From the NCBI RefSeq assembly GCF_036365525.1, contig NC_090382.1, positions 96,976,352 to 97,040,351 on the forward strand: 64,000 bases of DNA, in the 5' to 3' direction. Position 1 is the first letter of the stretch. Each line of letters opens with the position of its first letter. Of the stretch, positions 51,008 through 63,880 are shown in pieces. The stretch comes from Heterodontus francisci. Lineage: Eukaryota. Made by a program: the position numbers and the translations under genes. The notes below the pieces were generated by a model, which saw only the letters and a list, made by a program, of their open reading frames with translations, was not told where the DNA came from and searched no databases.

Positions 51008-51468
51008 CAGCCGTGGCTCAGTTGGTAGCATTCTTGCCTCCGAATCACAAGGCTCCGTGTTCAAGTCCTACTCCAGAGACTTGAGCACAAAAATCTAGGC
51101 TGACCGTCCAGTGCAGTAATGAGGGAGCGCTGCACGGTTGGAAGTGCCGTCTCTCAGATTAGAGGTTAAACCAAGGCACCATCTATGTTCTCAGGTTGAT
51201 GTGAAAGATTCTATGGCACTACTTTGAGGAAGAGCTGGTGAGTTATCCCTGGTTTCCTGGCCAATATTTATTCCTCAAGCAGCATCACAAAGACAGATTA
51301 TCTGGTCATTATCACATTGCTATTTGTGGGAGCTTGCTGTGTGCAATTTGGCTGCTGCGCTTCCTGCATTGCAACTGTAACTACACTTCAGAAGTACTTC
51401 CTTGACTATAGAACACTTTCGGATTCCTGAGGTCGTGAAAAGTGCTATATAAATGCAAGTCTTTCTTG
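51008..51468 (+). mobile_element. tRNA-headed Deu-domain SINE (SacSINE1/AmnSINE1-related), near full length
   Basis: A box TGGCTCAGTTGG, B box GTTCAAGTCC, Deu-like core GTTAAACCAAGG...AAAGATTCTATGGCACT...CCTGGCCAATATT, L2-type tail GCTATATAAATGCAAGTCTTTC; reverse copy at about 53255-53715. Confidence 0.75.
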
Positions 51469-53720
51469 TTACACAGTTGGGGAAGGATCTGAGTTTGAAT
51501 TACATTGGGGCTGCTGTATCTCCTGGTAACCAACTTGAATGTGCTAGGAACAGAGGGCTGACTCCCAATATTCCCCTCTTTTTTTATATATATATAAGAA
51601 AGGTAATACGTGTTTTATTGTTTTTGCTGTCATTTGTTATCTTGGGAATGCCATCTTAATGCACAATGTTGCAGGTTCAATGAATAGTCCAGGACTTGAG
51701 CATGTACTCAAAGTTGATACTTCAGTGTAGAATTGATGGAGTGTTGCATTTGTTCATGGTGTTGTTCCTTGGGTGTGATGCTACACATTTGAACAGTAAA
51801 GATCCGATGGCACTATTTGCAGAATAGCAGGGGAGTTTTCTCTGTGTCCTGGCCAACATTTCTCTTCACCACCACCCAAAGTAGATTAATAAGTCATAAA
51901 TAATAAGTAATTGTCTTTTGTCTCCCAATGGCTGTGGTGTTTGCCTGTCTGACTGTATTTTAAACCAATCTCTAGTAAGTGAAGGATACAAATTCTTTTT
52001 CCAAATATAGTAGCCCTCTTTTGCATAGTGTGTTGCGCCTTGTTATAATAGCTTTATTGCTAAATCACATTTGTTTACAAAGAGTCCCATAGTTATCACT
52101 TTTCATGTCTTTGCTTTACCAAGACATTGTAGATCGCACACTTTTCTGTTTTAGTTCATAACTAAATTCAAAAGTTGTTATATTCTGATTTATTATCTAT
52201 AAAATATATTCTTTTTTTGACAGCAGGGAGGCTAAACAATGCCATCACTTCCAAAATCTACTGAGCTGGACTTGCTGAAAGTGAAATTGCTCAACAATAA
52301 CAATAACTTGCACCTATAATGTTGTAAAACAGCCTAAGGCGCTTCACATGAGTGTTATCAAACAGAAACACTAAGTCACATAAGGAGATATTAGAGCAGA
52401 TGACCAAAAGCTTGGTCAGAGGTAGGTTTTGAGGGGCATCTTAAAGGAGGAGAGTGAGATAGAGAGGTTTAGGGAGGGACTTCCAGAGCTTAAAGTCCAA
52501 GCAGCTGAAGGCACAGCTGCCAATGTTGAGGCGATTAAGATCGGGGATGCCTTAGAGGCCAAGATTGAAGGAGTACAGATATCTCAGAGGGTTATGGGGC
52601 TGGAGGGGATCAGAGAAAGGGAGGGGCGAGGCCATGGAGGGATTTGAAAACAAGGATGAGAATTTTAAAATCAAGGCGTTGCTTAACCGGGATCTAATAT
52701 AGATCAGTGAATATATGGGTAATGGATGAACAACACTTGGTGCGAGTTAGGACACAGGCAGCAGAGGTTTGGATGACCTCAAGTTTACGGAAGATAGAAG
52801 GTGGGAGGCTGGTAGTTGGAATAGTCAAGTCTAGAGGTAACAAAGGCATAGTTGGTCAGGTTATTATGATGGTGTTCAACAAATAAAGACTTGGATTTAT
52901 ATGTTTTATCTTGTCTCAAATGTTTTATTATGTAACACATACAATAAATTATTTTGAAGTGCACTGACTAATATGTAGTCAAACAGTAACAAATTAAGTG
53001 TTAAAGTGCTACTGTTAAGTGTGTGTTACTTTAATTTGGTATTAACGTTATCACTGTGGAATAATTCTGTAGCAGGCCTTAAGAATGAGCTGTGGTGATG
53101 AGCTGGAAAGCGAGAATAGACAGAGAAAGTGGTAAACACAAGGTGGGGAGAGACAAAATAAAAATCTATGAACGCATGCTGCTATATCTCCCAAGGGAAT
53201 TGGCTCCAAGGTAGTTTTATATTGTGAAATTTTCTCCTGTGCAGAAATTTAAATGAAAGAGTTTGCATTTATGTGGTACTTTTCACAATCTCAAGACATC
53301 CCAAAGCTCTCCACAACCAACAATGTCATTTTGAAGTGTGATTACTATTGTAATGTGGATTAATGGAACAGCCAAATTTGCATGCGGCAAGGTCCAACAA
53401 ACACAGTAATGAGATAAATGACCACATAACCTCTTGTTGGCATTGGTTGAGGGATAGATGTGACCAAGACACCAGGAGAGCCTTCTTACTCATCTACGAC
53501 TATAGTGCTATAGGATCTTATATGTCCACCATACAGGACAGGGCCTTGGTTTAAAGTCTCATGAAAGATGGCATCAACAGCAGTGCAGCAGCACCCCCTT
53601 CCTACTGCCCTGAAGTGTCAGCTTGGATTATATGCTGAAGTCTCTGGAGTAGGTCCTGAACCCAAAACCTTCTGATTCAAAGGTGGCAGTGCTACTACTG
53701 AAGCAAGGCTGATACTATCT

Positions 53721-53930
53721 GAAATAAAAACCAAGAAATGCTGGAACCACTCAGCAGGTCTGGCAGCATCTGTGAAAAGAGAAGCAGAGTTAACGTTTCG
53801 GGTCAGTGACCCTGACCCGAAACGTTAACTCTGCTTCTCTTTTCACAGATGCTGCCAGACCTGCTGAGTGGTTCCAGCATTTCTTGTTTTTATTTCAGAT
53901 TTCCAGCATCTGCAGTATTTTGCTTTTATT
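53721..53930. mobile_element. Young Penelope-derived fold-back element with 12-bp TSD
   Basis: Near-perfect inverted arms of about 85 bp (53721-53805 and 53813-53896); CTGATACTATCT at 53709-53720 and 53931-53942. Confidence 0.9.
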
Positions 53931-54065
53931 CTGATACTATCTAACTCAGTTATTCACTGAGCCATGGCTGTCAGGCCATGGAATAGGCAATGAGAAATCT
54001 TGTATATCAATAATTTGGAAAGAGCTAATATTTACTTTTTTAAAAAACAAATTTCATCTCTATAG

Positions 54066-54187
54066 GAACGCAAGGGAACAGCTAAGGTTGATTATCTGAA
54101 GAGGATTGAAAAGGACATCCAGAAAAAATGGGAAGAAAATAAATTGTTTGAGATAGATGCTGTCAAGCCAGGGAGTGCAGAGAGTGG
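54066..54187 (+). CDS. LARS1: LARS1, coding exon 2 (gene continues beyond the window)
   Basis: ctatag|[40 protein letters not shown](G)|GTAAGT matches the LARS1 N-terminus; the next exon (FPYPYMNG) was not found before base 64000. Confidence 0.95.
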
Positions 54188-57075
54188 GTAAGTTAATGCT
54201 GATGTAGATAGGTTGTTTGGCTTCATGCATTCATAGCTAGTACATTCAGCTAGGTTTGATGCCTTTTTGATTTTAGATTAAGGCATATTTTTTGAGAAAG
54301 TATTAACAGGTTTATTCAGTGTGGATCACATTCCTAATTATCATTTCTAAAGGATTTAACAATACAGATGATTGATTAATTCAGATGTCTTTTTTAATGC
54401 ATTCTTGTGATATGGGCTTCACAGCTAAGACTGGCATTTATTGCCAATCCCCAGTTGGCCTGAGAAGAAGATGGTGGACCTTCTTGAATCATTGCAGTCT
54501 GTCTGGTGAAGGTGCTCTAACAATGCTTTAGGGGAGGGAGTTCCAGGAATTTGACTGAGAAAATATGACGGTGATATATGTCCAATTTAGGATGGTGAGA
54601 GATTGGGTGTGGAACCCATAAGTGCTGGTGTTCCCATGCACCTGCTATCATTGTCCTTCTAGGTGATGGCAGTCGTGGGTTCGGGAGATGCTACCGTAGA
54701 ATCCTTGGCAAGTTGTTGTTGTGCATCCTGTTGATGGTACACACTGCAGCTATAGCACATGGTGAAGTGGGTGGAGGCTTAGGCTAATGCATGAAGCGCT
54801 GATCAAGCAAATTGCTTTTGCATGGTGGTGTTGAACTACTTAATTGTTGTTGCAACTGCACCTATCCAGGCAAGAAGAGAGTATTCCATCTGACTTGGAC
54901 TTTGTAGTTGGTGGAGAGGCTTTAAGGAATTAGGAGAACCACATGCCACAGAATATCCAACCTCCAACTTAATTTAATAGCCACAGCATTTATGTGACTG
55001 GTCCAGTTGAACTTCTAGTTATTGGCGACCCCAGGATGTTGATGGTGCAGAATTGGCATTGGTAATGCCATTGATGCTATCATGGGGAGCTGTTTAGGCT
55101 CTGTCTGATACAAAAGCTGGAGTTTAACATGTGAACAGGCTCAACAAGTTGCAACTTCCACTTCCCCTCGTTTTTCAGGTATCATGTGTACATCAAAAAT
55201 GTGCGAGGCTCATTGTTGTTACTTAAGACTCTCGCTAATCAGGAGGGAGCTGAGGCTGGCTGAGTTAGTATTGTGCAAACAGACTTAATCAAAAAATTTC
55301 ACAACAGTACCCATTAGAGGTGTGACGTATTCTTGTTTTAAAAACACATACAACTAGCATTCTCTATTCTGTGAAAACATCCAGATTGTGTGACACTGCA
55401 TTACCACCTGATGAGCATACTATTGAATCTCTTGTATAATGCAGAAGCACTGTAGCCAGAATGTTTTATTTTGTGTTCGTGAATTAAATGCTGGAAAGGT
55501 TATTAGCTGTGCTGTATAACAAAGTGCATTCTTCCCATGTTGTTATTTCCAACTCACTGCAACATATCCCACACATGATGTAACAGCATGATTTCTCCAG
55601 CATCATTCATTGGAAAGGTTGGCTGAGCATTTTGTTTGAGAAAACATCTGACATTTAAATCTTAATGACTTTACCTAGCCGAATGATGCCAGATGGACAC
55701 AATATTTTCACAGGAAGAACTAAAAAAGAATCAGTAAGCAAGTCTTTAAAAAATTTATTCTTGGGATGTAAGTGTCGCTGGAAAGCCTAGCATTTATTGC
55801 CCATCCCTAATTGCTCTTGAACAGAGTGGCTTGCTAGGCCATTTCAGAGGGCATTTAAGAGTCAACTGCATTGCTGTGGGTCTGGAGTCACATAAAGACC
55901 AGACCAGGTAAAGATGGCAGATTTCCTCCCCTGAAGGACATTAGTGAACAAGATGGGTTTTTACAACAATCTGGTAGTTTCATGATTATTATTAATGAGG
56001 CTAGCATTTTTTTTTATTCCAGATTTATTTATTGAATATAAATTCTCCCAGCTACCATAGTGGGATTTGAACTCGTGTTTTTGGACATTAGTCCAGGCCT
56101 CTGGATTATTAGTCCAATAATATTACCACTATGTTACCGTTTCCTCTTGCATGCCAACCCTTCCTCAAGGGCACTGAAAGGTTGGCAATGGCACAATCTG
56201 GGAATATGTTATCTGTTTGCGGGTTGGCCCTGGTATTCCACTCTATGAAAATATTAAAAGAAGCTTTTTCCCAGAGTTGGGGATTCAATTACTAGGGGTC
56301 ACGAGTTCAAAGTGAGAGGGGAAAAGTTTAGGGGGGATATGCGTGGAAAGTTCTTTACGCAGAGGGTGGTGGGTGCCTGGAACACATTGCCAGCGGAGGT
56401 GGTAGACGCGGGCACAATAGCGTCTTTTAAGATGTATCTAGACAGATACATGAATGGGCAGGAAGCAAAGAGATACAGACCCTTAGAAAATAGGCGACAG
56501 GTTTAGATAGAGGATCTGGATCGGTGCAGGCTTGGAGGGCCGAAGGGCCTGTTCCTGTGCTGTAATTTTCTTTGTTCTTTGTTCAACATGCCATTGAATT
56601 ATACAGACCAGTAGCTTGCGACTGAATCATACTGACCAGAAGTTCCCAATACTGAGTTAATTGATCACAGCCGAGATAACAGTAGAGGTGCTTTAATTGG
56701 TCCCAATGCCACTGAACCAAGGAAGAAAAAACATGAGTTTCCTGCTCCTTATTGCTGTCCAATGATCCCTGCTGAAAGTGCATGTGTGCAGAAAGCAAGT
56801 GAAGGCAGAATTGAGCTTGGCTTTGACGTCCACAGTGGTCATTGTTTAAGCTCATGCTGAAAAGAATGAATTGGGCAAGGCGCTGTATCTGCGGAACTGT
56901 TCACTCACAGAAGTCAACATCCTCAGGACAGCAGGCAAGAACAATAAAGAAACAAATTATTGGCATTCATTGTCTCTCTCTTTTTGAGCGATTAACTGTG
57001 ACCATGGGTTATCCTTAACAAATCTCTAAACTTATATACAAATCTATCCAAGCAGAACATTTTAAGTCACTAGAT

Positions 57076-59408
57076 TAAAAGCAAAATACTTCAGATGCTG
57101 GAAATCTGAAATAAAACCAAAAAGTGCTGGAAATACTCAGCAGATCTGGCAGCATCTGTGGAGAGAGAAGCAAAGTTAATGTTTCAGGTCAGTGACCTTT
57201 CATCAGAACTGGCAAAAGTTAGAAATATAAGGTTTTAAGCAAATAAAGTGGGGGTGGAGTAAAAAAGAACAAATGGGAAGGTGTTGATAGGACAGGGAGT
57301 CACAGAGAATAACTGACAAGGAGGTCATGGGGCAAAGACAAAGAGTGTGTTAATGGTGTGGTGAAATACAAAGCGTTATTGGAGAGAGGGTGTTAAATGA
57401 CAGAATAATGAAGGCCAAACATGAAAAAAAAAGTGGGCAGGCACCTGATTTAAAAAAAAAAGGGTAATGATGAAACAAACTAAAATGAAATGAAATAAAA
57501 ATAAAAAGTAAAACTTAAAAAAAGGTAGAACTAAAAACTAAACTCCTCTGACGCCCAATGTCATTTTGGCAATTTCCAGTTTCCTGGCCCTAAACGCCTT
57601 CTCTTCACTATGGATGCCCAATCTCTCTACACCTCCGTCTCCCACCAGGATGGTTTGAGGATCTCCTCCTCTTCCTTGAACAGAGGCCCAACCAGTCCCC
57701 ATCCACTACTACTATCCTCCCTCCGCCTGGCTGAACTTGTTCTCACATTGAACAACTTTTCCATCAATTCCACTCACTTCCTTCAAGTAAAAGGTGTTGC
57801 TATGGGTACCCGCATGGGTCCTGGTTATGCCTGTCTTTTTGTGGGATACGTCGAACACTTCCTTGTTCCAATCTTACTCAGGCCCCCTCCTCCAACTCTT
57901 TTTCCGGTGCATTGATGACTGTATCTGTTTCCTGCTCCTGCCCCGAACTGGAAAATTTTATAAACTTTGCTTCTAATTTCCACCCTTCTGTCACCTTTAC
58001 CTGGTCCATCTCCGACACTTCCCTTCCTCGACTTCTCTGTCTCCATCTCTGGGGATAGGCTGTCCACTAGTATTCATTATAAGCCCACCGACTCCCACAG
58101 CTACCTCGACTACACCTTTTCACATCCTGCCTCCTATAAGGACTCCATTCCATTCTCCCAGTTTCTCCATCTCTGACGCATCTGCTCTGATGATGCTACC
58201 TTCAATGACAGCGTTTCTGATATGTCTTCCTTTTTCCTTAACCAAGGATTCCCCCCAACTGTGGTTGACAGGGCCCTCAACTGTGTCCGACCCATTTCCC
58301 GCACCTCTGCTCTCACCCCTTCCCCTCCCTCCCAGAACCATGACAGGGTTCCCCTTGTCCTCACTTTCGACCCCACCAGTCTCCACATCCAAAGAATCAT
58401 CCTCTGCCATTTCTGCCACCTCCAGCGTGATGCCACTACCAAACACATCTTCCCCTCCACTCCCCTGTTAGCATTCCAAAGGGATCATTCCCTCCGCGAC
58501 ACCCTGGTCCACTCCTCCATTATCCCTGACACCTCATCCCCTTCCCTCAGCACCTTCCCATGCAGTCGCAGGAGGGTAACACTTGCCCTTTTACCTCCTC
58601 TCTCCTCACCATCCAAGGCCCCAAACATTCCTTCCAGGTGAAACAGCGATTTACTTGTACTTTCAATTTAGTATACTGTATTAGCTGCTCACAGTGTGGT
58701 CTCCTCTACATTGGGGAGACCAAACGCTGATTGGGTGACCCCGAGCTTCCTGTCGCTTGCTATTTCAACACCACCCCCTCCCCCCGCGCTCTCATGCGCA
58801 CATCTCTGTCCTGGGATTCCTGCAGTGTTCCAGTAAACATGAACGCAAGCTCGAGGTACAGCACTTCATTTACCGATTAGGCACTCTACAGCCTGCCAGA
58901 CTGAGCATTGAGTTCAATAATTTCAGAGCATAACTGCGCACCACCCCCCCCCCCCCCCCCCCCCCCCCGCTTTTTTTAGTTTCACCTTTTTTTCAGTTAT
59001 ACTTTGTATTTTTTATTTTTATTGAATTTTATTTTAGTTTGTTTCATCATTACACTTTTTTTTTTAACCATGTGCCTGTCTACTCTTTTTTTCATGTGTT
59101 GCTTTTGGCTAGGGCTGTCATTATTCTGTCATTTAACACCCTCTCTGCACTAACGCTTTGTATTTCACCACACCATTAACACACTCTTTGTCTTTGCCTT
59201 TGCTCTGTGACCTCCTGGTCAGTTATTCTCTGTGAACCTCTGTTCTATCAACACCTTCCCATTTGTTCTCTTTTGCCCCACCCCCACTTTATTTGCTTAG
59301 AACCTGTTACATTTCTAACCTTTGCCAGTTCTGATGAAATGTTAACTTTGCTTCTCTCTCCACAGATGCTGCCAGACCTGCTGAGTATTTCTAGCACTTT
59401 TTGCTTTC
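57076..59408 (+). mobile_element. Penelope-like retroelement (RT + GIY-YIG remnants) with inverted terminal repeats and 12-bp TSD
   Basis: MDAQSLYT...KGVAMGTRMGPGYACLF, FRCIDD, IHYKPTDSHSYLDY; LVYCISCSQCGLLYIGETKR near 58665-58730; 57120-57410 inverted against 59117-59408; AAGTCAC(T/C)AGAT at 57064-57075 and 59409-59420. Confidence 0.92.
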
Positions 59409-59726
59409 AAGTCACCAGATGTTGCTCGCTCATACATTGTATTTATAGATCTCTTAAAAATGCCAAAGGCACCCAAGTGCATATTTTCTGTTCGGCATAG
59501 TTTAAATTAAAGCTTAACACACGTGTTCTACTTTCCTCTGGCTTGTATTTCGACAGGCATTAATCTGCTCAGCTAACTAAAAATAGATCACAGAAGAATG
59601 TAGTAAGATGTATTCAGCATTACTTTGTGTGTTTCACTAATTGTAAAATAAAGCTCTTGTGTCAATTAAAGGGAAGTGTGCCAGTTATGATTCACTTTGA
59701 TATATGAAAAAAAAATGTATTTGTTC

Positions 59727-62438
59727 ATGGGGGGCTGAATTTTACCAGCCCCTCAATGCCATGGATCACGGCACGGGGGCTGGTAGAATTTTGAGGTGAG
59801 AGGCCCATCTTGACCTCCGATGTCGAGAAGGGCCCGCTGCATATTACCGGCGGCGGGGGGACCTCTGAGCGCGCTCCACCACCTTGCTTGGCGGTGGCAC
59901 CCCAATTACCATATTTAAAACAGTACCTACCTCTGCAGATTATGCAGCCCACTGCCTCTCGATGCACACTTCGACATTTTACGTTGAACAGGCGGCCGTC
60001 ACATGCCGTCCCGTTCACGATCAGAAAAGCCAGCAGGTCATCAGAGGCAGAAGGTTTCGCTACAGAAGGTAAGTTCTGATATTCAGGGGTCTCACTCTGC
60101 ATTCTGGAAGGGAGGAGGGAGGGGGGGATATTCAAGGGTCTCACTCTGCATACTGGAGGGGAGGAGGGAGGGGGATATTCAGGGGTCTCACTCTGCATAC
60201 TGGAAGGGAGGGGGGGATATTCAAGGGTCTCACTCTGCATACGGGAAGGGAGGAGGGAGGGGACTTGGGATTACTGGAGGGAAAGCTGTGTACCTTCCAT
60301 CCATAAACGGTGTATGCTCTGCGTTAGTTTGAGTGTGTGATGGAGCAAGGGCACTCTAGTCACCCTGTGCATGGGGAGGGTGCCAGAAAAGGTAGGAGCG
60401 TTAAGGTTATCTGAATGGTGGGGGCAATCAATGCAGCTGGTAAGATTTTGTGCTGTGCCACTCTTGAGTGTTAGCCAAAATGGGCAATGCCATGCCATGC
60501 CACGTAGTTGATCCAAGAAAGCATCTGATGTACCCATCAACACCGATCACTGCCCTGTTAGGAACCTTCGAATAAATGAAGCGTTCAATTTTATTTATCA
60601 CATGGAAATAGGCATGGCTCATCCTACATTGTGTGATCCTCTGCTCCTGTCACAACTATGCACCCTAGAGGGGGCAGGCCTGACATAATGAGGAGAGACG
60701 TCAACAGGATTCCGCCTCGGACTATGAGGATGCTGAGGACCTACAACAAGAAAGGCGAATGGGAGGGCATATGGCATCCAGGCTCTGCATGCAGGGCTAG
60801 TAGTGAGCTAGGGATGTACGGCAGTGGCTTATCAGACGAAGGCTGTCTTCTCCATAGGAACCGACATGAGCTCTGCAAGCCATACACCTGCTGTGCCGCA
60901 AGCCTCATCTGTAACATCCCTGGGTAAACCATTAGAGGCAGCAGCTGACTGAGCCACTGACCATGTCACTGCACCTGTGGAGACGTTCGTGAGTAATGGT
61001 GGCATGGCAATGATATTGCATATGTTGGTTCTCCTGAAGGGACAACAGTGCAAAGGGATGTGACATTGGCAGTACATGCTGGCGCGCACCAATCACACAG
61101 AGAAGAGGACACACGTTGGTGAGGAACATTTAGTGAAAGACGTATTTACATTGTAGTGACACCCGTGCATTCCCATTTGTGTCAGTGTGTTCTCTGTATA
61201 CGCTTGTGAGTGCCCCTTCTCGGTGCAACCTCTGCACTAGCAGCCTGACTGGAGGAAGGCTGCTGATCTGATTGCACTGTGGCTGCGGATGACTTTGAAG
61301 CTTGTACCCTGTGCGCACGAGGCCTAGAGTGACCCGGCTGGCTGGGGGAGTGCTCATTCATCCTCTTCCGGCATTGGACCCTTTGACACTGGATGGCCCC
61401 ACAGCTACTCACCTCCTCTGCCATCTCCAGCCAGACTGCCTTGTCCAGGTGGGAGGGCCTCTTCTTACCATCGCTGGTGAAAAGGACCTCACGCCTTGCC
61501 CGCACAGCCTGGAGGAGAGTGACCAGGGAGGTTTGCCTTGCACATATTTGAAAACCAATGCAGGACCAGTGAGGGAATCTGTGCATTGTCATGGTTTTTC
61601 AACGATTACACATCAACGCATGTTCACAAGCACTTTGTTTCTGCAGCAGCTGATTATAGTTATTGGTGTAATATTTCTAGTCAGCAATGCAACTAGAATA
61701 TGAACATATGTTCCTGTTTGTTTAACAAAGATTGTCTAATTGCAGTTACATGTATTTTCACATAACACTTAGCAGAGAAATGAGTACAGATTCCAAATGC
61801 ATATCAGTCTACGGCTTTTCACAGTCAGATGATGAGAAGCCTATAGTAAGTAAATATTCTTCAGTTATGGTTTTATTTCTGTTGTGTATTTTCCTTTTAT
61901 GGTACATTTAAGTCTCACGTCCTGGAATGTGCAAAATCAAGGTTATTCACCCAGTTGCGGCATGCCTACAAGAAGCAATGTAACACTTGAGTGGCAGAAA
62001 AGGATCGCAACTTCACAGGACACTGGGACACAGCAGGGTAAGTATGTGGCAGCAAAGCAGAAAGTGCTGGGGAAACTCAACAGGTCAGGCAGCATCTGTG
62101 GAGAGCAAAGCAGGGTTAACTTTCAGGTCTTTCAGATGCTGCCTGACCTGCTGAGTTTCTCCAGCACTTTCTGCTTTGCTGCCAGATTGACAGCAGCATC
62201 ACTCTTCAACAGTGAGGTATGTATTTCTTTGACAGCTGTCAGGAAGCAGGTGCTGGGGCGCTTTAAATAGGGTCCTAGCATCTGCTGCTTAGCTGTCAAA
62301 AGGTCCCTCACTGCGCCGGATGTCCTGACTCTCCCCACGTAATATCGCGGGTGCAAGGCGGTGGCCACTGAATGCGGGCACGCCACTGAGTTCAAAGGGC
62401 ACTGCTGCAGAGTGCAGCACCCGAATAGAATTCAGGCC
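59727..62438. mobile_element. Second fossil Harbinger-type element (Myb/SANT-like remnant on -); right boundary uncertain
   Basis: ORF 61182-61592 LLQAVRARREVLF...WLEMAEEVSS...VQCRKRMN; termini GGGCTGAATTTTA and TAGAATTCAGGCC. Confidence 0.6.
60078..60265 (+). repeat. About 50-bp G-rich minisatellite, four copies
   Basis: Unit GATATTCA(G/A)GGGTCTCACTCTGCATACTGGAAGGGAGGAGGGAGGGGG. Confidence 0.92.
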
Positions 62439-62439
62439 G

Positions 62440-63880
62440 GGATGTGGGCATTGCTGGCAAAAGCCAGGCCTAATTGCCCTTGAGGTGGTGATGAACTGCT
62501 GTTTGTTTGTGTGGTGTAGGTACGACCACAGTGCTGTTAAGTAGGGAGTTCCAGAATTTTGATCCAGTGATGATACAGGAATAGTGATTATAGATCCAAG
62601 TCTGGATGGTGTGTGATTTGGAAGTGAATTTGCAGGTGTCTGTGTTTCCACATGCCGGCTGCTTTTGTTCTTCTAGCTGGTCGTGGTTGAGGGTTGGGGA
62701 GGTGCTGTCGAAGATGCCTTGGTAAGTTGCTGCAGCGCATCCTGTAGATGGTACACACTGTAGCCGTGGTGCAATGGTGGTAGAGGGATTGAATGTTTAA
62801 TTTGGTAGATTGGGCATCAATCAAGTGGGCTGCCCTTGTGCTGGATGGTGTCGAGCTTCTTGGTGTTGTTGGAGCTATACCCATCCAGGCAGTTGGAGAG
62901 TATTTCATCACGCTCCTGACTTGATTGCTCCATCATTGGTAGCCGTGCCTTAAGCTGCTTAGGCCTAAGCTCTGAATTCCCTCCCTAAACCTCTGTCCGT
63001 CTCTACAGATGTTCTTTAAAACTTACCTCTTGAACCCAGGTTTTGGCCATCGGGCATAATATCACCTTAATGTGGCTCGGTTTCAAATTTTGCATTTAAC
63101 TCCTGTGAAGTGCTGTATTAAGACAAGTTTTTGTTGTCTTGTGCCTTGTAGATGGTGTTAAGAGGTGTTGGGGAGTTGAGAGGTGAGTCACTCGCTGCAG
63201 AACACCCACCCTCTGACCTGCTCTTGTAGTCACAGTATTTACATGGGTAGTCCAGTTAAGTTTCTGGTCAATGGCCACCTTCAGGATGTTGTTGGGGGAT
63301 TCAATGCTAGGAGGAGGTGGTTAGACTCTTGTTGGAGATGGTTGTTGCCAAGCACTTGTGTGGCACAAATGTTATTTGCCACTTATCAGCCCAAGCCTGA
63401 ATGTTGTCCAGGTCTTGGGACATGAAGTGCTTCAGTATCTGAGGACTTGTGAATGGAGCTAAACACTGTGCAATTCATCAACGAATATCCCCACTTCTGA
63501 CCTTTTGATGGCGGGAAGGCCATTGATGAAGCAGCTGAAGATGGTTGGGCCTTGGATACTGCCCTGTGGAACTCCTGCAGCGATGTCTTGGGCAGAGATG
63601 ATTGGCCTCCAACAACCACAACCATCTTCCTTTGTGCTAGTTATGATTCCAGCCAGCGGAGAGTTTTCCCTTGATTCCCGTTGACTTCAATCTTACTAGG
63701 GCTTCCTGATGCCACACTCACTCAAATGCCTTCTTTGTGTCTAGGACAGTCACTCCCACCTCACTACTGACATTCAGCTCTTTTGTTCATGTTTGGACCA
63801 AGGCTGTATGAGGTCTGGACTCGCCGAGTGGTTATGGTGGAACCCAAACTGAGCATTGGTGAGCAGGTTATTGGTGAGTA
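62440..63880 (-). mobile_element. CR1/L2-group LINE fragment (same family as 20010-20928), interrupted by an L2 tail at about 62930-63135
   Basis: ORFs 62588-62911 (MKYSPTAWMG, TVCTIYRMRCS) and 63096-63278 (IDQKLNWTTHVNTVTTRAGQRVG). Confidence 0.85.

Noticed and set aside
51008-51080. tRNA-like sequences here and at about 5320-5390, 30100-30168 and 32490-32558
   Set aside because: They have A/B boxes but run directly into SINE bodies and lack a convincing cloverleaf; these are SINE heads.
58943-58968. Long poly(C) run
   Set aside because: Lies in the low-complexity 3' region of the Penelope element; homopolymer length is unreliable and no function can be supported.
59725-60332. 171-aa and 109-aa ORFs with repeated MQSETPEYPP motifs
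   Set aside because: Translation of the 50-bp minisatellite and a transposon end; no supported exon structure.
61182-61592. Myb/SANT-like ORF as a domesticated MSANTD/NAIF1-type gene
   Set aside because: Domain is degraded, lies among transposon remnants, and no intact multi-exon CDS could be built.
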